Below the pieces are notes generated by a model, which worked only from the letters and a program-made list of their open reading frames with translations, was not told where the DNA came from and searched no databases. Below are positions 10,152 to 20,407 of a stretch of 64,000 nucleotides of DNA, piece after piece. Made by a program: the position numbers and the translations under genes. Where the stretch lies: NCBI GenBank assembly GCA_963749705.1, contig CAVVNQ010000003.1, forward strand, positions 384,001 to 448,000, read 5' to 3'. Within the stretch, counting starts at the first letter, position 1; every line of letters starts with the position of its first letter. Origin of the DNA: an uncultured Chloroflexia bacterium. GTDB lineage: Bacteria > Chloroflexota > Limnocylindria > Limnocylindrales > CSP1-4.

Positions 10152-10793
10152 GTGATCGACGCGACCGCGCGCATCCACCCGACCTCGGATCTCGAACCAG
10201 ACGTTGCCATCGGGCCGCGCACGAGCGTCTGGCACCGGGCGCAGATTCGCGTCGGCGCGCGCATCGGGGCGGAGTGCATCATCGGCCGCGATGCGTTCAT
10301 CGACGAGGGCGTCTCGATCGGTGACCGGGTCAAGATCCAGAACGCGGCGCTCGTCTACCACGGCGTCACGGTCGAGGACGGCGTGTTCATCGGCCCCAAC
10401 GCGATCCTCACCAACGACCGCTTCCCGCGCGCGATCACGGCCACCGGGGAGCTCGCCCGTGCGGACGACTGGGAGGTCAGCCCGATCGTCCTGCGCACCG
10501 GCGCCGCGATCGGGGCGGGCGCCGTCGTGGTTGCCGGCACGGCCGTCGGCCGGTTCGCGACCGTCGGCGCCGGGTCGGTCGTGACGCGTGACGTCCCCGA
10601 CCACGCCCTCGTGGCCGGCAACCCGGCGCGCAGGCTCGGCTGGGTCTGCTTCTGCGGACAGCGCCTCGTCGCCGCGAATGGCACTCGAATCAACGCAACC
10701 CATGACGGACCGGCTTCGTGCCCACGGTGCGGCACCCGGTTCGTGATCCGCGGCGACGCGTGCGCCGCCACCGAGATGGAGAAGTCCGGATGA
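10152..10793 (+). CDS. Hexapeptide-repeat sugar N-acetyltransferase (WbpD-like) with C-terminal Zn ribbon
   Basis: IGDRVKIQN, FIGPNAILTND, VAGNPAR, CFCG...CPRCG. Confidence 0.88.
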   Translation: MIDATARIHPTSDLEPDVAIGPRTSVWHRAQIRVGARIGAECIIGRDAFIDEGVSIGDRVKIQNAALVYHGVTVEDGVFIGPNAILTNDRFPRAITATGELARADDWEVSPIVLRTGAAIGAGAVVVAGTAVGRFATVGAGSVVTRDVPDHALVAGNPARRLGWVCFCGQRLVAANGTRINATHDGPASCPRCGTRFVIRGDACAATEMEKSG

Positions 10794-11884
10794 TTCCGAT
10801 CTCAAGGCCCGACATCGGCAAGGCCGAAGAGGACGCCGTCCTCGAGGTCCTCCGTTCAGGCATGCTCGCCATGGGCCGGAAGACCGCCGCCTTCGAGGAG
10901 GCCTGGGCCGCGTACTGCGGCGTCGGGCACGCGATCCTGATGAGCAACGGCACGGTCACCCAGGAGGCGATCCTCCACGCGCTGGGCATCGGGCCGGGCG
11001 ACGAGGTCATCACCGTCTCGTTCAGCTTCAACGCCACCGTCAGCGTGATCCTGCGTACCGGCGCCACGCCGGTCTTCGTGGACATCCGCGAGGACGACTT
11101 CTGCATGGATCCGGCCCAGGTCGAGGCGGCCATCACGCCCCGGACCAAGGCGATCATGCCCGTCCACCTGTATGGCCTCATGGCCGACATGGATCCGCTG
11201 GTCGACATCGCCAAGCGCCACGGGCTGCCGATCGTCGAGGACGCCGCGCAGGCGCACGGGGCCACGTACCACGGGTTGCGGGCGGGTCGGTTCGGCCCGG
11301 CGATGTTCAGCCTGTACGCGACCAAGAACCTGATGACCGGGGAGGGCGGCTTTGCCACCACGGACGACGACGACCTCGCCGACCGGATCCGGCTGTTCCG
11401 CAACCACGGGATGCGCGTCCGCTACTACCACGAGTCGCTGGGCACGAACTACAAGCCGAGCGACCTCGCGGCCGCCATCGGCCTGGCGCAGCTCACCCGA
11501 CTCGACGAGCGCACCGAGCAGCGCCGCCGGAACGCGGCGTTCCTCACCGAGCATCTCGGCGCCGACTTCCTGACCCCGGCCGTGCCGGCTGGGCGGGAGC
11601 ACGTCTGGCACCAGTACGTGATGCGGTTCCCGGGCGAGCGCCAGCAGGTGATCGACGGGTTGACCGAACGGGGGATCGGCACCCTCATCTACTACCCGGT
11701 CCCCATCCACCGGCAGGCGTACCTCCAGGCGTATGTCCCGGGCGCGGCGGAGCTCGACCTGCCGGTGACCACGAAGCTGTCCGACGAGGTCCTCGCGATC
11801 CCCGTCCACCCGAGGCTGTCGGACGAGGACCTGGTCGCGATCGTGGACGCGGTTCGCGCCGTGGCCACGCCGGTGCACCGATGA
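10790..11884 (+). CDS. DegT/DnrJ/EryC1/StrS aminotransferase (WbpE-like)
   Basis: AIMPVHLYG, EDAAQAHG, SLYATKNLMTGEGG; ATGA overlap. Confidence 0.92.
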   Translation: MIPISRPDIGKAEEDAVLEVLRSGMLAMGRKTAAFEEAWAAYCGVGHAILMSNGTVTQEAILHALGIGPGDEVITVSFSFNATVSVILRTGATPVFVDIREDDFCMDPAQVEAAITPRTKAIMPVHLYGLMADMDPLVDIAKRHGLPIVEDAAQAHGATYHGLRAGRFGPAMFSLYATKNLMTGEGGFATTDDDDLADRIRLFRNHGMRVRYYHESLGTNYKPSDLAAAIGLAQLTRLDERTEQRRRNAAFLTEHLGADFLTPAVPAGREHVWHQYVMRFPGERQQVIDGLTERGIGTLIYYPVPIHRQAYLQAYVPGAAELDLPVTTKLSDEVLAIPVHPRLSDEDLVAIVDAVRAVATPVHR

Positions 11885-12915
11885 GCGCCGACGGGCGGCT
11901 GCGGGTCGGGCTGGTCGGGCTGGGCTCGATGGGCCGGAACCACCTCCGGGTGATCGGCGCGAACCCAGCCACGACGCTCGCGGCCATCGCGGATCCGGAG
12001 CCGGACGCGCTCGCGGCCGCCACGGCCTCGAGCGGGGCAGACGGCTGGTCCGACCCGGTCGCGATGATCGGGGAGGGCGGGCTCGACGCCGTCGTCATCG
12101 CCGCCCCGACGACCGCCCATATGCCGCTTGCCCTGGCCGCGATCGAGCGCGGCGTGCCCGTCCTCGTCGAGAAGCCGCTGGCGGCGACCAACGACGAGGC
12201 CGCCCGGATCGTGGATGCGGGCCGTGCCGCCGGCGTGCCGGTGCAGGTCGGCCACGTCGAGCGCTACAACCCAGCGGTGCTCAAGCTCGGTGAGCTCCTC
12301 CGCGAGGGCTGGCTGACCACGATCTTCGCGATCGCCAGCCGTCGAGCCGGGCCGTTCCCGGCCCGGATCCGCGATGTCGGCGTGACCGTCGACCTCGCCA
12401 CCCACGATGCCGACATGCTGTCGTGGATCGCGGGCGAGCGCCCCACGCGCGTGTACGCCGAGCTTGCCCAGCGAAAGCACGCCTCGCACGAGGACCTCCT
12501 GTTCGGCCTGCTCCACTTCCCGTCGGGCGCCTCGGGCATGCTCGACGTCAACTGGCTCACGCCCGCCAAGCGGCGCCAGCTGACCGTCATCGGCGACGAA
12601 GGGATGTTCGAGCTCGACTACCTGACCCAGCGGCTGACGTTCACGAAGTCCGACCTCGCGCATCCGCAGCTGATCGCCGGGTATGCGCCGACGTTCACCG
12701 GCGACGTGCTGGAGATCGCGGTGGAGACACACGAGCCGCTGCAGGCCCAGCTCGACGCGTTCGTCCGGGCGATCCGCGATGGTTCGCGTCCATACGTGGA
12801 CGGCGAGGACGGTGCATGGGCGGTCCGGATCGCCAACGCGCTGCTCGAGGCGGCGTCATCGGCTCGCCCCGTGTCCCTGGCGGACGCGCACGACGCGATG
12901 GAGACGCCGGCATGA
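11881..12915 (+). CDS. Gfo/Idh/MocA oxidoreductase (WbpB-like)
   Basis: GLGSMGRNH, VEKPL, GHVERYNPA, DLATHD. Confidence 0.9.
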   Translation: MSADGRLRVGLVGLGSMGRNHLRVIGANPATTLAAIADPEPDALAAATASSGADGWSDPVAMIGEGGLDAVVIAAPTTAHMPLALAAIERGVPVLVEKPLAATNDEAARIVDAGRAAGVPVQVGHVERYNPAVLKLGELLREGWLTTIFAIASRRAGPFPARIRDVGVTVDLATHDADMLSWIAGERPTRVYAELAQRKHASHEDLLFGLLHFPSGASGMLDVNWLTPAKRRQLTVIGDEGMFELDYLTQRLTFTKSDLAHPQLIAGYAPTFTGDVLEIAVETHEPLQAQLDAFVRAIRDGSRPYVDGEDGAWAVRIANALLEAASSARPVSLADAHDAMETPA

Positions 12916-14333
12916 CGATCGTTCGTCGGCCGTCCGTGGGCGCCTCGATGCTCGGCGGCTCGATCGCCGTTGCGGCGCGGCCGTGCAACCACGGCCCCGC
13001 CCGGCCTGCCAGCCCCTGGACCGGCGAGGACGGCACTGCGGGCACGGTCGCCGTCGTCGGCGCGGGCAAGATGGGCCTGCCGCTCGCGGCGCAGTTCGCC
13101 ACCCATGGCTGGACCGTGATCGCGGTGGACGTCAACCCCGCGGTCGTCGATACGATCAACGCCGGCCGCTCGCACGTGGGCGAGGAGCCCGGCCTCAGCG
13201 AGATGGTGGCCGCCGTGCATGCGCAGGGCCGGCTGCGCGCCACCCTGGATGCGGCCGCGGCAGCGCGCGAGGCGGACGTCGTCGTGCTGATCGTGCCGGT
13301 GATGCTGGACGAGGCACACCAGCCGGACTATCGCTACATGGATCCCGCGGTCGCATCGATCGCGCCGGGGATCCACGCCGGCAGCACCGTGATCTTCGAG
13401 ACGACGCTGCCGATCGGCGACACGCGAAACCGGTTCGCCCCGCTGCTCGAGCAGGTGTCGGGGCTCATCCCTGACCGGGACTTCTTCGTCGCGTTCTCCC
13501 CCGAGCGGCTGTTCTCGGGCGCCGTCCTGGCCAACCTCGCGAGCTACCCCAAGCTGGTCGGCGGGATCGGTCCCGCCTCGACCGACCGCGCCGCGCGGTT
13601 CTATGCGTCCGTGCTCGACGCCGAGGTCGTGGCCATGTCCTCGTCCGAGGCGGCAGAGTTCAGCAAGCTTGCCGACACGACGTACCGCGACGTCAACATC
13701 GCGCTGGCCAACGAGTTCGCGCACGCGGCGGACGCGCTGGGCATCGACGTCCAGGAGGTCATCGCCGCCGCGAACAGCCAGCCGTACAGCCACATCCACC
13801 AGCCGGGCATCGGCGTCGGCGGGCACTGCATCCCCGTCTACCCGCACCTGCTGCTGTCGCGCGCGCCGGGCCTGCGTCTGGTCGAGACGGCTCGCGAGGT
13901 CAACGACGGCCAGGCGGACCGCGCGCTGGAGGCGGTTCGCGCCGCGCTCGGCGGGCTCGAGGGGGCTCCCGTGCTCGTGCTCGGCCTGACCTATCGCGAG
14001 GGCGTCAAGGAGCTGGCGTACAGTCGGGCGATCCCGCTGATCGACGCGCTCGCCGCGGCCGGCGCCGACGTGCTGGCCTACGACCCGCTGATGGACGAGG
14101 CCGAGATCGAGGCGCTCGGTGCCAGGTACTGGGCGTGGGGGTCGACCGCGCCGATCCGCGCGCTGATCACGCAGACGGGCGACCGCGTGTTCTCGACGCT
14201 GGACGCGAGCTGGTTCCCCGACCTCGCGATCGTGTACGACGGCCGCAACAGCCTGCGCTCGCTGGCCCTGCCCGATGACGTCGCCTACGTGGGCGTCGGC
14301 GTCCAGGCGGGGACCCGCAGCCGGCCTGCCTGA
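12912..14333 (+). CDS. Nucleotide-sugar 6-dehydrogenase (WbpA/WecC-like)
   Basis: GAGKMGLP, FSPER, YRDVNIALANE, PGIGVGGHCIP. Confidence 0.92.
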   Translation: MTIVRRPSVGASMLGGSIAVAARPCNHGPARPASPWTGEDGTAGTVAVVGAGKMGLPLAAQFATHGWTVIAVDVNPAVVDTINAGRSHVGEEPGLSEMVAAVHAQGRLRATLDAAAAAREADVVVLIVPVMLDEAHQPDYRYMDPAVASIAPGIHAGSTVIFETTLPIGDTRNRFAPLLEQVSGLIPDRDFFVAFSPERLFSGAVLANLASYPKLVGGIGPASTDRAARFYASVLDAEVVAMSSSEAAEFSKLADTTYRDVNIALANEFAHAADALGIDVQEVIAAANSQPYSHIHQPGIGVGGHCIPVYPHLLLSRAPGLRLVETAREVNDGQADRALEAVRAALGGLEGAPVLVLGLTYREGVKELAYSRAIPLIDALAAAGADVLAYDPLMDEAEIEALGARYWAWGSTAPIRALITQTGDRVFSTLDASWFPDLAIVYDGRNSLRSLALPDDVAYVGVGVQAGTRSRPA

Positions 14334-14354
14334 GCCCGGTTCGAGCAGGCGCGG

Positions 14355-15488
14355 GTGCGGATCGTCAGCGTCGTCGGGACCAGGCCGCAGCTGATCAAGG
14401 CAGCGGCGCTGCTGCCCGTGCTCCGGCAGCGGCACGACGAGGTGTTCGTCGACACCGGCCAGCACTACGACGAGGCGATGGCCGGAGCATTCTTCGCCGA
14501 GCTCGGACTGCCGGCCCCGGACCACTCGCTGGGCGTCGGTGGCGGCACCCACGCGGAGCAGACCGCCCGGATGCTGGAGCGCCTGGAGCCGGTGCTGGTC
14601 GCAGAGCGACCCGATGCCGTGCTGGTCTACGGCGACACGAACTCGACGCTTGCGGGAGCCCTGGCGGCGGCGAAGCTGGGGATCCCCGTCGCGCACGTCG
14701 AGGCCGGGCTGCGCTCGTTCGACCGGAGCATGCCCGAGGAGATCAACCGCGTCATCGCCGACCATCTCAGCCACTGGCTGTTCGCGCCGACCCCGGCCGC
14801 GGTCGCCAACCTGGCCCGCGAGGGCATCCGCGAGGGTGTCGTCCGGGTCGGCGACCTGATGCAGGACCTGGCGGCACGGGTGGTGAGGGAGATCCGCGGT
14901 CAGGATGCGCTGCGATCGGTCGGGGACCGACTGCGCGTTCCGCTGGAGGCCGGTCGCTACCTGTTCGCGACGATCCATCGGGCCGAGAACCGGGAGCCGG
15001 CGGCGATGCATGCCTGGGCGGCCATGCTGTCGGACGCCGCCACTCCGGAACGGCCGGTGGTCCTCGCCCTGCACCCGGGCACCCGCATCGCCCTCGACGA
15101 CGCCGGCATCCGGCTGGCCCCGGACGTGCGGGCCGTGGCGCCGCAGGGGTATCGGACCACGCTGACGTTGCAGCTGCACGCCGCGGCCGTGCTCACCAAT
15201 TCGGGTGGCGTCCAGCGTGAGGCCGCCTGGCTCGATACGCCGTGCCTCATCCTGCGGGACCGAACCGAGTGGGTCGAGGCGGTGGAGCAGTCGAAGGGGC
15301 GAATGGTCGTGGTCGGGCTCGATCGGCAGCGCGCGGCAGTCGAGCTTGCCCGCCTGGCGCCGCCGGCCGATCCCGCGACAGCCCGGAACCGAGCGCGCGA
15401 GCGAGCCCGCACCGTCGACCTGCAGCCGGCAGGGGCTGGCGAGGCGATCAGCCTTGCGATCGACACCGCCAGGTCGACCGGGGGCTGA
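14355..15488 (+). CDS. wecB: Non-hydrolysing UDP-N-acetylhexosamine 2-epimerase (WecB/WbpI-like)
   Basis: VVGTRPQLIK, TGQHYD, YGDTNST, HVEAGLRS, MPEEINR, SGGVQREA. Confidence 0.92.
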   Translation: MRIVSVVGTRPQLIKAAALLPVLRQRHDEVFVDTGQHYDEAMAGAFFAELGLPAPDHSLGVGGGTHAEQTARMLERLEPVLVAERPDAVLVYGDTNSTLAGALAAAKLGIPVAHVEAGLRSFDRSMPEEINRVIADHLSHWLFAPTPAAVANLAREGIREGVVRVGDLMQDLAARVVREIRGQDALRSVGDRLRVPLEAGRYLFATIHRAENREPAAMHAWAAMLSDAATPERPVVLALHPGTRIALDDAGIRLAPDVRAVAPQGYRTTLTLQLHAAAVLTNSGGVQREAAWLDTPCLILRDRTEWVEAVEQSKGRMVVVGLDRQRAAVELARLAPPADPATARNRARERARTVDLQPAGAGEAISLAIDTARSTGG

Positions 15489-15491
15489 TCC

Positions 15492-16886
15492 GTGCGGATC
15501 GTCATGTTCGTGTTCAACGACGTGCGGACCGACGCCCGGGTGCTCCGCGAGGCCCGAAGCCTGGTCGAGCACGGGCACCGGGTGACCATCGTCGGCCGAC
15601 CGAGCGATCCGTCGGCCCGGATCGGGGAACGTGAGGACGCCGATGGCGTCGTGATCGAGCGCGTGCCGGTGCCCCAGTCCTGGCGGTTCTACTGGACGTG
15701 GCTCGCGTTCCCATGGCGGATGCGGGGATGGTGGACCGAACGGGTCGGGCGCGCGGTCCGCAGGCCACCGTCGGGCTGGCTCGAGGCGATCGCCCTTGCC
15801 GTCGCGGCTCTGGTCACCCTGCCCTGGATGATCCTTCGACTGCCGTTCTACCTCGCGCGCCGGCGTCGCGGCTCGGCGGTCGGCGGCTCCAACCTCGACT
15901 GGATCATCCGGTGGCGGTTCGTCGTCCTCGGCTGGGCGGCGCGCGCGGCGGCAGCCGCGCCGGACGCCGACGCGTACCACGGCCATGACCTCAGCGGGCT
16001 CGAGGCAGCGGCACGAGCGTGGGAGCGCCACGGCGGTCGCCTCGTCTACGACAGCCACGAGATCTTCCTCGAATCGGGCAGCAACGCCCGCCGGCCCCGC
16101 CTGCTCAAAGCGCCCCTCGCACGCTCCGAGCGTCGCTGGACGCGCCGGGCCATCGCGCTGGTCACGGTCAACGCGTCGCTCGCGGCCGAGCTGGGGCGGC
16201 GCCTCCGGCCACGTCACGTGGTCGTCGTCCACAACGCGCCGGAGCGCTGGGACCCGCCGTCACCGCGGCCCGACCTCATCCGTGCGGCGACCGGGATCCC
16301 GGAGCATGCCTCGATCGCCCTCTATCACGGAGCGTTCTCGCGCTATCGCGGGCTCGAGGAGCTGGCCCAGGCCATCCTCGAACCGGGGCTGGAGGGCGTC
16401 CACGCCGTCTATCTCGGCTATGGCTCGATGCGCCGGGCGCTCGATGGGATGGCCCACGACCCGAGGTACGGCGGTCGACTGCACGTCCTGGATGCCGTCG
16501 TTCCCTCGGAGCTCGCGTCCTGGGTGGCGTCGGCGGATGTCGGGGTCATGGCCATCCAGCCGTCCACCCTCAATCACCGGATGGCGACGCCGAACAAGCT
16601 GTTCGAGAGCCTCGCAGCCGGCACCCCCGTCGTCGTCAGCGACTTCCCCGAGATGCGCTCGATCGTGATCGAGGATCCCGCAGGTCCGCTGGGTGAGGTG
16701 TGCCGGCCCGACGATCCGGTGGACGTGGCCCGGGCGATCCGGGTGGTGCTCGATCGGCCTGCCGCGGACCGTGAAGCCCTTCGCGCGAGGTGCCTCGCCG
16801 CGGCACACGAGCGGTGGAACTGGTCGCGGGAGGTCGAACCGCTGGTGCAGCTGTACGACGACGCCGCCCGGGCCGACGGCCGATGA
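15492..16886 (+). CDS. Glycosyltransferase family 4
   Basis: DARVLREA, YDSHE, PNKLFESLAAGTPVV. Confidence 0.88.
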   Translation: MRIVMFVFNDVRTDARVLREARSLVEHGHRVTIVGRPSDPSARIGEREDADGVVIERVPVPQSWRFYWTWLAFPWRMRGWWTERVGRAVRRPPSGWLEAIALAVAALVTLPWMILRLPFYLARRRRGSAVGGSNLDWIIRWRFVVLGWAARAAAAAPDADAYHGHDLSGLEAAARAWERHGGRLVYDSHEIFLESGSNARRPRLLKAPLARSERRWTRRAIALVTVNASLAAELGRRLRPRHVVVVHNAPERWDPPSPRPDLIRAATGIPEHASIALYHGAFSRYRGLEELAQAILEPGLEGVHAVYLGYGSMRRALDGMAHDPRYGGRLHVLDAVVPSELASWVASADVGVMAIQPSTLNHRMATPNKLFESLAAGTPVVVSDFPEMRSIVIEDPAGPLGEVCRPDDPVDVARAIRVVLDRPAADREALRARCLAAAHERWNWSREVEPLVQLYDDAARADGR

Positions 16887-18199
16887 CCTCGCAGACCCCG
16901 ATCGTGGCCCAGCGCCTGACCCTTGTCCTGCCGTCCACCGGCGCCCACGATTCGCGCACCTGGCGGATTGCCGGCTCCGTCGCGGCCCGCGGCCATGGCG
17001 TGACGGTGGTCGCTCGCCTCGGCGACGGCCTCCCGGCGGAGGAGGTCGTCAGCCCGGGCTATCGGATCCTCCGCGTGCCGGTCGACGCGGTGGACGGCTT
17101 GCCTGCGCCGTTGCGCCGGATCGCCCGCCGTGTCCGCGGCCGGCCGGCTCGCACCCCGCATGCGATCGGGTCGCCGGCCCGGATCGCCGGGACGCCGCGT
17201 GGCCGCCTCCGGCAAGCGGTCGCGGCCACGTGGCGGCTGCTCGCCATCGGCCTGACCATCCGGGCGCAGCAGCTGGCGACCCGCCGGGTCGCGCCCGCGG
17301 CCGACCTTGTCCACGCGATGGCGTACATGGGCATCCCGGTCGGGCTGGACCTGGGCCGACGGGACGGCATGCCGGTCATCTACGACGCTCGGGACATCTA
17401 CATCGATGCCCGCAACATTGCCCGCCTGCCCGCCCCGCTGCGACGCGTGTTCGCGCGCGTCGAGCGGCGCTGGGCTCGCCGCGCCGCTCGCGTGGTCACG
17501 GTCAACGAGCCGTACGCCGAGGTGCTCGCGGATCGATTCGGCACCGGGCGCCCGCTGGTCGTCATGAACTGTGCCCGTCGTGGCCAGCCGCCGCCAGTCC
17601 GTCGGCGACGGTTCCACGAACGGCTCGGCCTGCCGCCCGATCGTCGGGTCGTCCTGTACCACGGTGGCCTCTCGCCCGATCGCGGCATCGAGCAGCTGCT
17701 GTCGGCCATCGGCGAGATCCCCAACGCCACGCTCGTCCTGATGGGCTACGGCGACCTGGAGCGCTCGATCCGGACGACCAGCGAGGCCGCCGGCCTTGCC
17801 GATCGCGTCGCGGTGCTGCCGGCCGTACCGCCGAGCGAGCTCGTCGACTGGGTTTCGGCCGCCGACGTGGCGGCAATGCTCATCCAGCCGACCACGCTCA
17901 ATCACCGGCTGACGACGCCCAACAAGCTGTTCGAGGCCATCGCCGCTGATGTGCCCGTCGTCGCCTCCGACCTGCCGGGCATGGCGCCCATCGTGCAGGC
18001 CACGGGGTGCGGGGTCGTCGTCGACCCGACCGACCCGGCGCTGGTGGCCGCCGCCATCCGTTCGGTCCTCGACGCCTCGCCGGATCGGCGCGCGGCCTTC
18101 TCCGAGGGCCTGCGGCGCGCTCGCGAGGCGTATCAGTGGGAGCGCGAGGTCGAGCGCCTCATCGCGGAGTATGGCCGGCTGACAGGGCGACCCTGGTGA
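16883..18199 (+). CDS. Glycosyltransferase family 4
   Basis: DRGIEQL, PNKLFEAIAADVPVVAS; ATGA overlap. Confidence 0.88.
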   Translation: MTSQTPIVAQRLTLVLPSTGAHDSRTWRIAGSVAARGHGVTVVARLGDGLPAEEVVSPGYRILRVPVDAVDGLPAPLRRIARRVRGRPARTPHAIGSPARIAGTPRGRLRQAVAATWRLLAIGLTIRAQQLATRRVAPAADLVHAMAYMGIPVGLDLGRRDGMPVIYDARDIYIDARNIARLPAPLRRVFARVERRWARRAARVVTVNEPYAEVLADRFGTGRPLVVMNCARRGQPPPVRRRRFHERLGLPPDRRVVLYHGGLSPDRGIEQLLSAIGEIPNATLVLMGYGDLERSIRTTSEAAGLADRVAVLPAVPPSELVDWVSAADVAAMLIQPTTLNHRLTTPNKLFEAIAADVPVVASDLPGMAPIVQATGCGVVVDPTDPALVAAAIRSVLDASPDRRAAFSEGLRRAREAYQWEREVERLIAEYGRLTGRPW

Positions 18200-19491
18200 C
18201 CCGCGATGCCGCGGTCGCCGCGCCCGGTCGTCGCGCCGTGGTGCTCGTCGCCAACCCGGCAGCGCCCTACTCGCGTGGGCTGCGGATCGCGCGGAGCCTG
18301 GTCGCCGAGGGCTACGCGACGGAGATCGCCGCCGTCGCCGTGGACGGGCTGCCGATCGAGGAGCGGGATGGGGAGATCGTGATCCGCCGCTACGCCCCGA
18401 CCGGACGTCTCGCTCCGCTCGCTGCGACGTACGGTGGGGGACCCGCCAGCGTGGAGACGGGACGCACGCGTGTGGTGAAGAGCCGGATCGTGCGCCGCCT
18501 CGGGGCGATCTGGCGCTGGATGCTCTGGCCGCACACGGTCCGAGGCTGGTGGTCGACGCTCGACCGGGACCTGCCGGCGGCGGACCTGTACCACGCCTGC
18601 GGGAGCCTGACGCTCGCCCCGGCTCTGCGAGCTGCCGGGTCCGCCCGCCGGCGTGGACGGCGTGGCCTGGTCATCTACGACGCGATCGACAACGTGTTCG
18701 AGGGTAACAACGTGCTCGACATGCCGGCTCCGTTCCGGCGTCTGCACGCGTCCCGGGAGCGCCGCTGGGCGCGCCGTGCCGATGCCCGCATCAGCGTCAA
18801 CGAGGCGCTCGCCCAACGGCTGGCGAGTCGATGGCAGGTGCCCCCGATCCTCTCAGTGCCGAACTATCCGGAGCCATGGGCGAGCCGTGGCGAGCCTCGG
18901 GACCGGATCCGGCTGGCACTCGGCCTCGCACCCGAGATGCGCATCGTCCTGTTCCAGGGCCGCCTTGGCCCTCGGCTGGGGCTGGATGAGGCCGCCGAGG
19001 CGGTGCTGGAGATCGAGGACGCCTGCCTGGTGCTGCTGGGGTTCGGTCGCTGGGCCGAGCGGATGCGCGAGCGCGATCGCAGCACCAGGTACGCGGGCCG
19101 ACAGTTCACCCTGCCCGCCGTTCACCCGGACGAGCTGCCGGACTGGACGGCGTCGGCCGACGTGGCGTTGGTGACCCTGCCACCCGTCTCGGTCAACCAG
19201 CGCGAATCGACGCCCAACAAGTTCTGGGAGGCGCTGCTGGTCGGGACCCCGATCGTGTTGGGGCCAGGGCTGGACCTGATGGCCGGGATCGTCACCGAGC
19301 TGCATGCGGGTGTCGTAGCAGCCTCCCTCGAGCCGTCTGCGATCGCGGCTGCGATCAGGTCCATCCTCGACGAGCCGGCAGACGCGCGGGCAGCGGATCG
19401 CCGTCGTGTCTCGGCAGTCGCCCACGAGCGGTACACCTGGCCACGTGCGGCGGCCGGGTACCGGCAGCTGGTCCGGGACCTGGCGGGCTGA
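18196..19491 (+). CDS. Glycosyltransferase family 4
   Basis: PNKFWEALLVGTP; GTGA overlap. Confidence 0.85.
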   Translation: MTRDAAVAAPGRRAVVLVANPAAPYSRGLRIARSLVAEGYATEIAAVAVDGLPIEERDGEIVIRRYAPTGRLAPLAATYGGGPASVETGRTRVVKSRIVRRLGAIWRWMLWPHTVRGWWSTLDRDLPAADLYHACGSLTLAPALRAAGSARRRGRRGLVIYDAIDNVFEGNNVLDMPAPFRRLHASRERRWARRADARISVNEALAQRLASRWQVPPILSVPNYPEPWASRGEPRDRIRLALGLAPEMRIVLFQGRLGPRLGLDEAAEAVLEIEDACLVLLGFGRWAERMRERDRSTRYAGRQFTLPAVHPDELPDWTASADVALVTLPPVSVNQRESTPNKFWEALLVGTPIVLGPGLDLMAGIVTELHAGVVAASLEPSAIAAAIRSILDEPADARAADRRRVSAVAHERYTWPRAAAGYRQLVRDLAG

Positions 19492-19525
19492 TCGCGCCGC
19501 GGCCACCGCGCCGCGCGCCGGGCCA

Positions 19526-19546
19526 TCGCGCCGGGGCCCGGCGCGA
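19526..19546. terminator. Hairpin between convergent genes, possible bidirectional terminator
   Basis: tcgcgccgg-ggc-ccggcgcga, 9-bp perfect stem; no U tract. Confidence 0.4.
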
Positions 19547-19549
19547 CTG

Positions 19550-20407
19550 CTACCCGCGGACGATCCCCAGGCGACGGAGCAGGCGCCGCGCCGGCTGCGT
19601 CAGTCCGAGCCTTCGGGCCACCCCGCGCGCAAGGGTCATCGGGCGAGCAACGCGGCGCAGCCGCCGGACCAGCGGGCCGGCCGACAGCGGCTCCCTCGGT
19701 CGAGAGACCGGCTCATCGGACAGCTGCCAGCTCACCCAGAAGGATCGGAAGCCCATCTGCTCCTTGAAGAAGCGGAGACCCTCGGTGCCTGACGCGTGCA
19801 TGTTGTACATGGCGTACCTGGTCCCGGCGACGGCAATCATGTCTCGCAGCGTCTCGGAGACGAGCAGGTACATCACTCCCGAGGCGAGGTGATCACCATG
19901 CCCGAGGATCGTGGAGAACAGGCACATCTCGCCGACCTGGTAGAGCCACGTATAGGCGATCAGCCGGTCATCACGGAACACGCCGTAGGTGCGGATCTGG
20001 TGCCGGGGGCATCCATAGGCAGGGAGCGGCCCGTAGGGTCCCGGGCGCTGCAGGTACGGCTCCTTCATCGGCCGGCCCTGGCGCTCCGACATCGAGGTAT
20101 TGATCTCGAAGATGTCGTCCAGGTATCGGTCACGGTCCACCGGGCCGAAGGTGTAGCCCTCCTTCTGGGCCTTGCGAACCTTCCGCCGGGTCCCGTAGCC
20201 GGCGGGCCCATTCCAGTAGTCGTCGAACGTGGCCGGCAGGACGAGGATCGAGGCACCGTCCTGGTAGGCCCCGTGCCAGCTCGCCCTTGGCCCCGGCGTC
20301 ATGAACTTGGCATGCAGCTGATCGGCGAGCTCCGTACAGGCGGGGTCCGGGGTGTCCCCGCGCAAGAAGCTGATCGTCAGTTCGGGGTCGTGCGGGCTGG
20401 CAGCCAA
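19550..20407 (-). CDS. FemAB/GNAT-like protein, putative glycan-modifying acyltransferase
   Basis: RRKVRKAQKEG, STILGHGDHL, GVMYLL, GLRFFKEQMGF; TTG start with SD GAAGGGA. Confidence 0.6.
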   Translation of the reverse strand: MAASPHDPELTISFLRGDTPDPACTELADQLHAKFMTPGPRASWHGAYQDGASILVLPATFDDYWNGPAGYGTRRKVRKAQKEGYTFGPVDRDRYLDDIFEINTSMSERQGRPMKEPYLQRPGPYGPLPAYGCPRHQIRTYGVFRDDRLIAYTWLYQVGEMCLFSTILGHGDHLASGVMYLLVSETLRDMIAVAGTRYAMYNMHASGTEGLRFFKEQMGFRSFWVSWQLSDEPVSRPREPLSAGPLVRRLRRVARPMTLARGVARRLGLTQPARRLLRRLGIVRG